Counted from the first letter of the stretch, positions 30,064 through 39,206 are shown. The stretch: 64,000 bases of DNA from an uncultured bacterium (GCA_938004065.1 CALKWM010000041.1:26889-90888); one strand, 5' to 3'. Numbers and translations: made by a program. Notes: a model not told the origin generated them from the letters alone.

Positions 30064-30747
30064 ATGACAAATCGGTATCACAAATACTTTTCGATTCTGT
30101 TAATTTCGTTGCTCACTACAACAACCTATTTGTCAATTCAAAAACACTCTCATGCTCAAACACTAACCGAGACTAGAAACACAACCATTACCGTCTCCAT
30201 CCCGCAACATCTTACTTTTATTATCAATGGAGTCAACACCGGCGACCCCTGTCCCAATGCCAGTGTCGCCGAACTCGCCGAAATTGATTCTACGGCTACT
30301 GATATCGATTATGGCACATTCAACGGCGCCAATCGAAAAATCGCCTGCCAGGAAACTATCGTTACCACCAACGCCGCATCCGGCTACCGTCTCACAATCC
30401 AACAAGACCATCCGATTCAATCATCACCCACAGTACAGATTAGTAATTTCCAGGGTTCATCCGGCTCCGCCGACACCTGGACCACACCGGAAACCTGGTC
30501 TTCACCAACCGCCACTCATCATTCATACTTTGGATTTTCCACCAGTGACACCATCGATTACTCCAGGTTCTCACTAAATCGTTACGGCAGTTTTCAATCG
30601 GACGCAACCGAGCACGAAATCGCCTCCGCCCCCGGACCGGTTATCGACGACACCAACCACATCTCCTTTCAACTCGAAACCGACGACCTCCAAGCTTCCG
30701 GTAATTACTCAAATACTGTTACCTATATTGTTACTGCTTATTTTTAG
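30064..30747 (+). CDS. Secreted single-domain protein homologous to the adhesin C-terminal domain (pilin/WxL-like)
   Basis: Signal peptide ending SHA-Q; TITVSIPQHLTFII, TTNAASGY, QASGNYSNTVTYIVTAYF match adhesin TVSASVPTAFSFII, STNSTSGY, QPAGIYSTNVMYIATPTF. Confidence 0.8.
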   Translation: MTNRYHKYFSILLISLLTTTTYLSIQKHSHAQTLTETRNTTITVSIPQHLTFIINGVNTGDPCPNASVAELAEIDSTATDIDYGTFNGANRKIACQETIVTTNAASGYRLTIQQDHPIQSSPTVQISNFQGSSGSADTWTTPETWSSPTATHHSYFGFSTSDTIDYSRFSLNRYGSFQSDATEHEIASAPGPVIDDTNHISFQLETDDLQASGNYSNTVTYIVTAYF

Positions 30748-30841
30748 TTTTTTCTTTACCATTAGAATATTTATCATTTTTTCCCAAGACAGTTTTTTTG
30801 TTTGTTATGTTTGATTTTTAATAAGTTTACTATCTTTAAAT

Positions 30842-32203
30842 CTACTTCCCAAACGACACTCTATCACCAATCTCCTCCGTCCACCCATGCCAACTACCCC
30901 TCGAAACCGTAAACTCTCCATATCGATCATTGATTTTATCCATTGATTCAATCAAACGGATTTTTTTCAATTTATCCTCCAATATCGACAACTGCACTTT
31001 GGCGCTTGATTCCAACCCGGACACACTAACAAAAATTTTACTGATCTTGTCATGCAAAACCTTTCTCTCCAGATGTTTATAAACCCCTCGGAAAATATCC
31101 CAACTGTCATCCGTTGCCTCGGCAATTTTCTCCTGTCGGCCAAATCCACCACCATACAGATACTGCCAACCCACCCACAAAACCTTTGCCCGCAATTTCT
31201 TCCGCCGCAATCTGCGTCCCGTTTTCTCCGCCATCTTCATCATCAGCATTGCAATCTCATCTTTGTTAGCCGTTTTTTTAAGTAAGGTATAGGAGTGTCC
31301 TACCGACTTTGGCTTGCGATCTTCATCGATATTCAATTTATCCACCTCCAAACCATTCATCCTAGACCACAAGAAATATCCCATTTTACCCATTTTTTTG
31401 AGTAAAAAAGAGGGCTTGGCATATTTGATTTCCAAGGGAGTAACTATCCCCAAAGCATTGAGTTGCCTCTTTAAGCCCCAGGAAATTCCCCAAACATCAG
31501 TTAGTTCCAGCTCGCCCAACAGATAATCCACATTTTGATCATTTACCAAAGTCAAACCATCCGGCTTCTTAAAATCCGACCCCAATTTGGCAAAAAATTT
31601 AGTCCCGGCAATCCCAATCGAACAAGTCAACCAATCTCCCACTTCCTCTCTTATTCTTCTCTTAATCTCCCCAGCAATCACCTCCACCTCATCATACAAA
31701 TCCCCAACACGCTTATTGTCATCCCCACCTTGTGCAGGGATCTCAACCGCTCTATTCCATTTATTTTCTTTATCAGCTTTGAGTTGTGGTTTTGCACTTT
31801 GAGTTTTGCACTTTGAGTTTTTTCTCGTTTGGAATTTCAAAAAACTCTCATCAATACTATAATTCTCCACGTCCGGCGTATAACTATTGAATATCGCCTG
31901 AATCCTTTCCGTAATTACTCGGTACTTGGTCGGATCGTCTCGCACTAACACAATATCCGGACAAATTTGTTTGGCCTCCCACACTTTGGTTCCGGTACCA
32001 ATACCGATAGTTTTTGCCTCTCGACTGGCCGCGATTATCGTGCCTTTCGGATGCAAATAACTACACACTCCCAATGGCCGTCCCCGCCAGGCCGGATTGG
32101 CTTGCTGTTCACAAGTGGCAAAATAACTATTCATATCCACATGCATGATTATTTTCTCACTCTGAGGCATTTCAAATAAATCATTATTTTCTTGTTTAAA
32201 CAT
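30842..32203 (-). CDS. dinB: Y-family DNA polymerase IV (DinB)
   Basis: MHVDMNSYFATCE, IIAASREAK, YSIDESFL, CSIGI...AKLGSDFKKPDG, VWGI, KSVGHS; GGAGGTG SD. Confidence 0.93.
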   Translation of the reverse strand: MFKQENNDLFEMPQSEKIIMHVDMNSYFATCEQQANPAWRGRPLGVCSYLHPKGTIIAASREAKTIGIGTGTKVWEAKQICPDIVLVRDDPTKYRVITERIQAIFNSYTPDVENYSIDESFLKFQTRKNSKCKTQSAKPQLKADKENKWNRAVEIPAQGGDDNKRVGDLYDEVEVIAGEIKRRIREEVGDWLTCSIGIAGTKFFAKLGSDFKKPDGLTLVNDQNVDYLLGELELTDVWGISWGLKRQLNALGIVTPLEIKYAKPSFLLKKMGKMGYFLWSRMNGLEVDKLNIDEDRKPKSVGHSYTLLKKTANKDEIAMLMMKMAEKTGRRLRRKKLRAKVLWVGWQYLYGGGFGRQEKIAEATDDSWDIFRGVYKHLERKVLHDKISKIFVSVSGLESSAKVQLSILEDKLKKIRLIESMDKINDRYGEFTVSRGSWHGWTEEIGDRVSFGK

Positions 32204-32214
32204 AATTTCACCTC

Positions 32215-32344
32215 CAAAATAAAACTAAAACGTCAAAACAAAAAACTCAAAACCATAACCCTAAAACTAAAAACATTTTTGTGATTTAATTTGGATTTTT
32301 TTAGTTGTGGTTTTGAGTTCTAAGATTTGAGCTTTCACATTTCA
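32215..32344. repeat. Inverted heptamer-derived repeats in the dinB leader
   Basis: aactcaaaaccataac ... gttgtggttttgagtt. Confidence 0.6.
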
Positions 32345-32599
32345 CTAAAACGTAATCTCCTCAAGTACCCAACTCAAATTTCCCGTATCAAAACACAACT
32401 TATACCCGTTATTATCGGCATCACTCACACAAAAATAATAAAACAATTTCTCACCAATTTTTTTATGAAAATACAAATTCGTCCGTTTGACATAAATCTT
32501 ACGACCTTTCCATTGCAAGAGTAGGGGAGTGCTTTTAGCTGAAAAAAGCATCACCACCTTTACTTTCTCATCAATTTTTTCCGAACTGTTTGATATCAT
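32345..32599 (-). CDS. Small beta-rich protein co-oriented upstream of dinB
   Basis: 84 aa, AGGAG SD; P..LQWKGRKIYV...YYFCV...YKLCFD...W.LEE. Confidence 0.75.
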   Translation of the reverse strand: MISNSSEKIDEKVKVVMLFSAKSTPLLLQWKGRKIYVKRTNLYFHKKIGEKLFYYFCVSDADNNGYKLCFDTGNLSWVLEEITF

Positions 32600-32705
32600 T
32601 CAATTCTCCTATCATCCCGGAAAAGACTTTCGCATCGCCTTGGGCGATAAGAAAATTCTTTATCCGGGACACATTTCCTCATTATAAAAATATGTTTATT
32701 AATCA

Positions 32706-32756
32706 TTAACACTTTAGTTAATTATCACCCTAAATTCATCTTAACACAACTGTTAA
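32706..32756. promoter_or_regulatory. Two TTAAC-N6-GTTAA palindromic operator-like boxes
   Basis: ttaac-acttta-gttaa (32706-32721) and ttaac-acaact-gttaa (32741-32756) upstream of the dinB cassette. Confidence 0.6.
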
Positions 32757-32817
32757 TTTAAACACAAGAAAAAAATGATTATCGCAGATACCAATAATCA
32801 TTATTTAAATTCCATAT

Positions 32818-33120
32818 TTATTTTTCCAACTTTTCCTCTAACTCCGCCAACAAAAAAGCCAACTTGAAAAAATCACTGCAACTACATTTATTGATTTTTC
32901 CTTCCTTGAATAATTTTAATGTTCTGGGAGTTATCAATAAACCGTCAATTAGTTCTTTTTCATTAACACCCTCCTTTTTCAAATAATCCAAATACAACTT
33001 CAATGGCTCTTCCATCGCTCGGGACAATTTGCCGAATTGATCGCTCAATCGCCTGATTTCTTTCACTCTTATCACTATTTTCCACCCCCAAACTTTTTTT
33101 AAAACACCAAACAAATCCAA
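32818..33120 (-). CDS. Putative XRE/Cro-like HTH protein (start uncertain)
   Basis: LKKEGVNEKELIDGLLITPRTLKLFKEGKINKCSCSDFFKLAFLL follows the XRE HTH pattern. Confidence 0.5.
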   Translation of the reverse strand: MDLFGVLKKVWGWKIVIRVKEIRRLSDQFGKLSRAMEEPLKLYLDYLKKEGVNEKELIDGLLITPRTLKLFKEGKINKCSCSDFFKLAFLLAELEEKLEK

Positions 33121-33153
33121 TATATCTAATAATCAATTATCTAACAACCAGTC

Positions 33154-33183
33154 TTGACTTTAAAAACCTAAAAAACATATAAT
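33154..33183 (+). promoter_or_regulatory. Sigma70 promoter
   Basis: TTGACT (33154) - 18 bp - TATAAT (33178). Confidence 0.6.
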
Positions 33184-33223
33184 CACCATATGAAAAATCT
33201 TATCGAAAAAAACAAATAACAAC

Positions 33224-33514
33224 TTGAGGGAGGTGATTATCATTTTCCGATCAGAAAAACAAAAACACCTGTTCTTTTTTATTTCTCTAGCTCTATTATT
33301 TACTCTAATATTGTGTAACTTCAATCTACACAATATAATTATTAACAATCTGATTATTATATTACTCATTCCCGCAGTATCTTTCGGAGCCAGCAAAATA
33401 ACCAAAGAAAAAAACATGACCGGAAAAATTCTTTTCGCAACGATTTCAATATCAGCGTTGTTAACAATAATAAACATCAAATTTATATCTGCCGTATTGG
33501 CAATATTAAAATGA
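33224..33514 (+). CDS. Small 3-TM membrane protein (start codon uncertain)
   Basis: Three hydrophobic segments; GGAGGTG at 33229-33235; own promoter upstream and terminator downstream. Confidence 0.55.
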   Translation: MREVIIIFRSEKQKHLFFFISLALLFTLILCNFNLHNIIINNLIIILLIPAVSFGASKITKEKNMTGKILFATISISALLTIINIKFISAVLAILK

Positions 33515-33527
33515 AATTGTGTTACGC

Positions 33528-33560
33528 ACCGGATTTGTTAAAAACATATCCGGTCTTTTT
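33528..33560 (+). terminator. Intrinsic terminator
   Basis: accggat...atccggt followed by cttttt. Confidence 0.6.
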
Positions 33561-33641
33561 ATTTATAAAACCACTTTCTCTAAAGTATAATAAAAATAAG
33601 AAGTTTTCTTACTTCTTGCTTCTTACTTCTTACTCCTTATA

Positions 33642-34865
33642 TTGTCTCCTTCAATCTTTTTCTACAATCAAGTTCTTGACATCATGGGCCGTACGGCCAT
33701 CATTTTGATCATTGCCTTTGTCATCAGTCATCTGGTTATCAAAAACAACTTCAATATCGTCCGCCCCGGCCTCAAAGAAAAATTCCTCCTGGCACTTACT
33801 TTCATCCTCATCTACACTTTTACATTGCTTTTTAACTACGGCGAAGAAAAACTACTCATCTTTGATCTGGCCCTGCCGATCGTTATCGTTTCCGGCATCC
33901 TGGGTGGCTTACGAGTCAGTATCCTGGTATCCGGCGTAACCGCCATTCTCATCAATTTCTTTTTCCCACTGTCATGGCTCTACGCCATCTTGACCATTAT
34001 CGCCGGCATATCCAGTGGCATTTTTCACCACATCAAAAGCAGCAATCGCCTCAAAATGCTTTTCGCCAGCATCATGCAATTTGTATTTTCATTTATGCAA
34101 ATCAGTCTGGTATATTTTGTTTTTGAAGGATATCTCTATTCCATCCTCTGGCAAAACATTGTCGCCGCCGTAACTATCGGGCTCATTCAAGTGGCCAGCG
34201 TACTGGTATTTTTGTACATTATTTACTCCATTATCGATTACCAAAAACAACAGCAGGAAATCTATATGCAACATCAATACCGTCTGAAAACTCTCCAATC
34301 CCAACTCAATCCGCACTTTCTTTTCAATTCTCTCAACACCATCGGCTCTCTAACTCGCACCAAACCGGAAAAAGCCCATGAATTGATTATCGAACTTTCT
34401 TCACTACTTCGATCCAGTCTGCGCAAACAAGGCGAACACGTTCCTTTGATCGATGAAATTCAAAATATCAACAGCTATCTATCCATTGCTAAAGCCCGTT
34501 TTGGTGATAGAATTCAAATTAAAATTGACGTCCCTGATTTTTATCTGAAATACCAGGTACCAAACTTAATTTGGGAACCGATTGTCGAAAATGCCATCAT
34601 TCACAACATCAAAAAACAAGATATTATCAATTTGCATTTATATGTCAAAAAAGACCAAAAATATTTGCATCTAATAACATCCGATGACGGGCAGGGGATA
34701 GCCCCGGAAAAATTGGAGGAATTGCGTCAAGACAATCCAAATGTTAAACATCTGGGACTACCCAGCACTATCGCCCGCTTGAAAAATCAATACCATGGAG
34801 AGGAATTGGTACAAATCAACACCTCGACCAAAGGTACCGTCATCACCCTCAAAATTCCAATATAA
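33642..34865 (+). CDS. LytS/YehU-family membrane sensor histidine kinase (no GAF domain)
   Basis: About 6 TM with GILGG; LQSQLNPHFLFNSLNTI H-box; ARFGDRI, EPIVENAIIH, DDGQG, GTVITLKIP. Confidence 0.92.
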   Translation: MSPSIFFYNQVLDIMGRTAIILIIAFVISHLVIKNNFNIVRPGLKEKFLLALTFILIYTFTLLFNYGEEKLLIFDLALPIVIVSGILGGLRVSILVSGVTAILINFFFPLSWLYAILTIIAGISSGIFHHIKSSNRLKMLFASIMQFVFSFMQISLVYFVFEGYLYSILWQNIVAAVTIGLIQVASVLVFLYIIYSIIDYQKQQQEIYMQHQYRLKTLQSQLNPHFLFNSLNTIGSLTRTKPEKAHELIIELSSLLRSSLRKQGEHVPLIDEIQNINSYLSIAKARFGDRIQIKIDVPDFYLKYQVPNLIWEPIVENAIIHNIKKQDIINLHLYVKKDQKYLHLITSDDGQGIAPEKLEELRQDNPNVKHLGLPSTIARLKNQYHGEELVQINTSTKGTVITLKIPI

Positions 34866-34949
34866 CCAAGCATCAAGTTCTAATTTCTAATTTTCAAGCC
34901 GTTTTATTTTTTTTGATTTTTTATATTTTATTTTCGATTTTTGCCTTCC

Positions 34950-35708
34950 ATGCTCACCATCAATACCCTCATTATCGACGATGAACAACCCGCCATCGAA
35001 GAACTACACTATCATTGCAGTCAATTCATCAACCAATCACATATCTACGACCTCACCAATCCCAAAAAAGCCATCGATGCCATTTGTGAATACGATATCA
35101 AGCTGGTTTTTTGCGACATCAACATGCCCTACATCTCCGGTATCGAACTGGCCGAAGAAATATCAAAACTGGAAAAACCGCCTCTGGTAGTTTTTGTTAC
35201 CGCCTATGACGAATTCGCCGTCAAAGCATTTGAACTCAATGCTATAGATTACGTTTTGAAACCAATCGATCCAAAAAGATTTCAACAAACATTTTCCAAA
35301 ATTCAAGAAAAAATTTCCAAACATCCGGAAAACATTGACAATACTGAATTAATCGAACAAACACGAAATTTTATCAACGGCAAAATCACAGCTGTCGGTA
35401 CCAATCCCAATGATCGCTACATATTCAAACTGACAGATATTACCCATTTCGAAGCCGAAGGACCAATAGTTTACGCCCATACTACTGATCAAAACAAAAA
35501 GCGTGTTCATTACCAGATGCAAGAATTGGAAAATGCACTACCGGAAAATTTTGTCCGCACTCATAAATCACACATTGTCAATATCGACCACGTCGCCCGC
35601 ATGTACCTCTGGCAAAAATCCAACTATCAAATCGAGTTGGAAAACAAAAAAACTATTCCCGTCTCCCGCCGCTTGAGCCAAAGGGTCAAAGACAAACTAA
35701 ATTGGTAA
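34950..35708 (+). CDS. LytTR-family response regulator
   Basis: IIDDE, FCDINMP, FVTAYDEFAVKAFELNAIDYVLKP; C-terminal FVRTHKSHIVN...IPVSRR. Confidence 0.95.
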   Translation: MLTINTLIIDDEQPAIEELHYHCSQFINQSHIYDLTNPKKAIDAICEYDIKLVFCDINMPYISGIELAEEISKLEKPPLVVFVTAYDEFAVKAFELNAIDYVLKPIDPKRFQQTFSKIQEKISKHPENIDNTELIEQTRNFINGKITAVGTNPNDRYIFKLTDITHFEAEGPIVYAHTTDQNKKRVHYQMQELENALPENFVRTHKSHIVNIDHVARMYLWQKSNYQIELENKKTIPVSRRLSQRVKDKLNW

Positions 35709-35816
35709 ATAATATATCATCTACACCTGTGTTGTCATCACGCAAATCGTCAAAAATTTGATTATTTTGCGATTCCTTATTTCATTTATTACTTTTTACT
35801 AATTTATCACCAAATT

Positions 35817-35845
35817 GCCACTTATTCTATTTTTCCTACCGCTCA
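35817..35845 (+). promoter_or_regulatory. LytTR (BtsR-type) direct-repeat binding site
   Basis: GCCACTTA - 13 bp - ACCGCTCA; TACAAT -10 at 35880; AAGGAG SD before ATG 35931. Confidence 0.65.
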
Positions 35846-35874
35846 TTAAACTTCCATGTTTAATGAGCTTTTTT
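35841..35874 (+). terminator. Intrinsic terminator of the two-component operon
   Basis: gctcattaaac ttccat gtttaatgagc tttttt. Confidence 0.7.
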
Positions 35875-35930
35875 ATAGTTACAATAAATTTAGTTTAAGC
35901 TTAATCGCTTAGTTAAAGGAGTGAACAATC

Positions 35931-36191
35931 ATGAAATTAAATGACAAAAAACAACTGGCCAACTTAATTACCGATTACAAACTCTGGGTGGCTTTTATCG
36001 AACAATTTTTAGACGACCACCAAATTGACAATCAAACTATCAATCACCAACTCAACCACATCAAAAAACAACTAAATTTTCTGCTCAAAACCAACACTAT
36101 ACCAATCATTATCGACCGCATACTTTTAATCGATGAACAACTCAAAGACATTCAGCTTAAAGTTCCACAACTGGTTTTTCAGCCCGCATAA
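35931..36191 (+). CDS. Hypothetical 86-aa helical protein
   Basis: Strong SD, own promoter and terminator; no recognisable motif. Confidence 0.7.
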   Translation: MKLNDKKQLANLITDYKLWVAFIEQFLDDHQIDNQTINHQLNHIKKQLNFLLKTNTIPIIIDRILLIDEQLKDIQLKVPQLVFQPA

Positions 36192-36235
36192 ATTTGTTTT
36201 CATTTTTTTCGCCTTACCAAAAAACTCTCAATCTC

Positions 36236-36263
36236 AACCCTCATTTTAAATAGAGGGTTTTTT
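36236..36263 (+). terminator. Intrinsic terminator
   Basis: aaccctc...gagggtt tttt. Confidence 0.55.
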
Positions 36264-36349
36264 GGTAAATTTGGCTTTTTTTATCTATTAATTATAATAT
36301 ATAAATATATATTATATTTATCATTTAACTTACCATCCCCAAACTAAAA

Positions 36350-37663
36350 ATGAAAAAATCATCACTACTCCCACTAGTATTAGTTTTTGCTTTTTCTTTT
36401 TTTGTCCCAAATTTAAATTTTGAAGCAAAAAAAGCAGTAGCATCTGACAACAAAGTTATTGATATTTCGATCAATGACCAACAGATGACAATTGTGGAAA
36501 ACAACATGGCTATCAAAAAATTTGCCATTTCTACCGGCAAATGGGATATGCCCACACCACTTGGCACTTTTTACATCCAAAACCATATCTACGACGCTTA
36601 CTCACAACCCTATGATCTGTATATGCCATATTGGATGGGAATTGGCGGTGGCTACGGCATACACGGTTTGCCATATTGGAAATACAGTTGGGGCAATGTG
36701 TATGAAGGCGTTAACCATCTGGGCATTAGAGTAAGTCATGGTTGCATCCGATTATCAGTTGACAACGCCGCCTGGTTATACGATTGGGCTCCCAATGGAA
36801 CCAGAGTGGTCATTCATCAAGAATCCGGAACCCAGGTTGCCATCACTCCACCAGATTACGACGGTGTGATAACCGCCCAATCAGCACAAAATATCACACT
36901 CAGACCCGGGGAATCAACCGAGGTTTGGGTCAAACTCAAAAACACCGGGAAGCATTGGTGGTACAACGTTGGTGATCACCCAATTCATTTGGCAACCTAC
37001 AAAGACGCTGATCGCGTGTCTGATTTTGGAAACTCTAGCTGGCTTACTTTCAATCGACCAGCCATTATCGACAATACCGGGGTTGGATATGGCCAGGAAG
37101 CAACTTTTAAATTTACTATTACCGCTCCCACCAAACAAATGCAATACGAAGAACACTTCAAGCCGGTTGCTGAAGGTCATTCCTGGTTTTTTGATCCTGA
37201 TTTGGATATCGTCTGGTACATCAATGTTTATCAACCCGAATACTCCAATCAATGGTTCAGCCAATCCGACTGGCCCATCATCACCGCCGGAGATACCAAG
37301 ACCCTCGCTTTTAAATTCAAAAACATGGGCTATGCCACCTGGTACAATAGTGGATCAAATCCCATCCGCTTGGCCACCAGCAATCCGATCGACCGCAGTA
37401 GCGTATTTTTCAATCCCGCTTCTTGGCTTTCCTCAAACCGCGCCACCGCCATGGATGAAGCCCAAGTATTGCCCGGTGAGATTGGTACATTTACTTTCAC
37501 CGTAAAAGCACCGCTAAGTCCCGGTACCTATGACGAGTATTTCCGATTGGTTGCCGAAAACAAAACTTGGATGGAAGATCAAGGTGTATTTTTACGCATC
37601 AAAGTAGTTCAAAATCCTGATCTATCAACAACATACAGTAGCGAAACCGATCTAACCAAATAG
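36350..37663 (+). CDS. L,D-transpeptidase (YkuD domain) with two Ig-like (NBR1-like) repeats
   Basis: Signal peptide; ISTG...TPLG.F, GIHG, SHGCIRL; two KN.G...W...PI.LAT...R.S.F...W repeats. Confidence 0.88.
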   Translation: MKKSSLLPLVLVFAFSFFVPNLNFEAKKAVASDNKVIDISINDQQMTIVENNMAIKKFAISTGKWDMPTPLGTFYIQNHIYDAYSQPYDLYMPYWMGIGGGYGIHGLPYWKYSWGNVYEGVNHLGIRVSHGCIRLSVDNAAWLYDWAPNGTRVVIHQESGTQVAITPPDYDGVITAQSAQNITLRPGESTEVWVKLKNTGKHWWYNVGDHPIHLATYKDADRVSDFGNSSWLTFNRPAIIDNTGVGYGQEATFKFTITAPTKQMQYEEHFKPVAEGHSWFFDPDLDIVWYINVYQPEYSNQWFSQSDWPIITAGDTKTLAFKFKNMGYATWYNSGSNPIRLATSNPIDRSSVFFNPASWLSSNRATAMDEAQVLPGEIGTFTFTVKAPLSPGTYDEYFRLVAENKTWMEDQGVFLRIKVVQNPDLSTTYSSETDLTK

Positions 37664-37693
37664 TCAACGAATTATATTTTCTAATCATCTATT

Positions 37694-38287
37694 TTGCAAA
37701 ACATCCCCAAATCAATCGCCAATCTGATACACCACTTTTCTAAACTTCCGGGAATTGGACCAAAAAGTGCCAGTCGTTTAACATACTTTCTACTTAAAAA
37801 ACCTAAAAATGACGTGCAACAATTCGGTCAGGCCCTGTATACACTTCAGGAAAATTTGATTTACTGTTCCAACTGCCACAACTACACCGAAATCGATCCC
37901 TGCGAAATATGTCAAAATCCCAAAAAAAATCCTCGAGTTATTTGTGTAGTAGAACAACCACTGGATATTCTGGCTTTTGAAAAAACATCATTCGCCGGTA
38001 CTTATCATGTTTTACACGGCGCACTCGCTCCCATCGAAGGAATCGGCCCGGAACACCTGACTCTGGAGAGTCTCAACAAAAAAGCTCGTCAAGGCAATAT
38101 TGAAGAAATCATAATCGCCACCAACCCCAATCTGGAAGGAGAAGCCACCGCTATCTACATCCAAAACATGTTAGAAAATATCCCTGAAATTAAAATTACT
38201 CGTCTGGCTTTTGGACTACCCATGGGATCAGACTTGGAATACATCGATGAATTGACTTTAAATAAAGCTATCGAAGGACGTAAATAA
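37694..38287 (+). CDS. recR: Recombination mediator RecR
   Basis: KLPGIGPKSA.RL, CxxC...CxxC, YHVLHG, IIATNPNLEGEATA, RLAFGLPMG. Confidence 0.96.
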   Translation: MQNIPKSIANLIHHFSKLPGIGPKSASRLTYFLLKKPKNDVQQFGQALYTLQENLIYCSNCHNYTEIDPCEICQNPKKNPRVICVVEQPLDILAFEKTSFAGTYHVLHGALAPIEGIGPEHLTLESLNKKARQGNIEEIIIATNPNLEGEATAIYIQNMLENIPEIKITRLAFGLPMGSDLEYIDELTLNKAIEGRK

Positions 38288-38297
38288 TTTTTCAAAA

Positions 38298-39206
38298 ATG
38301 GGCAAAAATCAAATCATTGAAACAAAAATCGGCAACAAAATCTGGATAGATATCACCAATCCGACACACAAAAAACTTATCGAATTCAAAGATAAATATA
38401 AAATCCACGAAGCCGATATCCATGACGCCATGGATAAAGTTGTAATTCCAAAAACATTTGAACATAAAAATTACTTATTCATTGCCATCCATGCCATTCA
38501 TTATTCAAACAACCAAATCAATTTACAAGAAATAGATTTCTTCTTTTCCAAACACTTTATTATTACCATTCACAATCAGCCAATAGATTTTCTGGACAAT
38601 ATCTGTGAAGAAATATACCCGGAGATATCTTGCCACAACACCGCCCATGTTCTTTTTAGAATCCTTAAACACATCAATATTTCTCAAAGAGAAATTATCA
38701 AAAATTATGCCAACGACATCAATCAATTGGAAATTGACATCACCACTGAAAAAAACAATGAACGAAAAACCATCAGTAACATTCTCTCAATTCGCAAAAA
38801 CATCTTACAACTAATCAACGTTTCCCAACCTAACATCGTGGTCATCAAAGAAATTCATAAGTCAGATATTATAAAAAACAGTTTCAGTAACTATCAGGTA
38901 TATTTTGACAGTTTGGTTGAATCTCAAGAAAAGTCATATAACATGCTCAAGCACTATCTGGAAGTTACTAACGGTTTGATCGATACGATTAACATTATGG
39001 TCAATTATCGTTTTAACGATATTATCAAAATTTTAACCATAGTCTCAGTTTCGCTACTTCCCCTTACACTTATTTCCGGAATTTTGGGTATGAATTTTTC
39101 CAGTTCCATCTTTGATATGCCATACGGTTTTACCATTACTATCATTTTTATGATTCTTTTGGAAATATTAATAATTCAATATTTTAAATACAAAAAATGG
39201 CTCTAA
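38298..39206 (+). CDS. corA: CorA-family Mg2+/Co2+ transporter
   Basis: WIDITNP, LTIVSVSLLPLTLISGILGMNF, ends FKYKKWL. Confidence 0.9.
   Translation: MGKNQIIETKIGNKIWIDITNPTHKKLIEFKDKYKIHEADIHDAMDKVVIPKTFEHKNYLFIAIHAIHYSNNQINLQEIDFFFSKHFIITIHNQPIDFLDNICEEIYPEISCHNTAHVLFRILKHINISQREIIKNYANDINQLEIDITTEKNNERKTISNILSIRKNILQLINVSQPNIVVIKEIHKSDIIKNSFSNYQVYFDSLVESQEKSYNMLKHYLEVTNGLIDTINIMVNYRFNDIIKILTIVSVSLLPLTLISGILGMNFSSSIFDMPYGFTITIIFMILLEILIIQYFKYKKWL

Noticed and set aside
33160-33480. 106-aa minus-strand ORF
   Set aside because: Antisense to the + strand membrane ORF, which has promoter, SD and terminator support.
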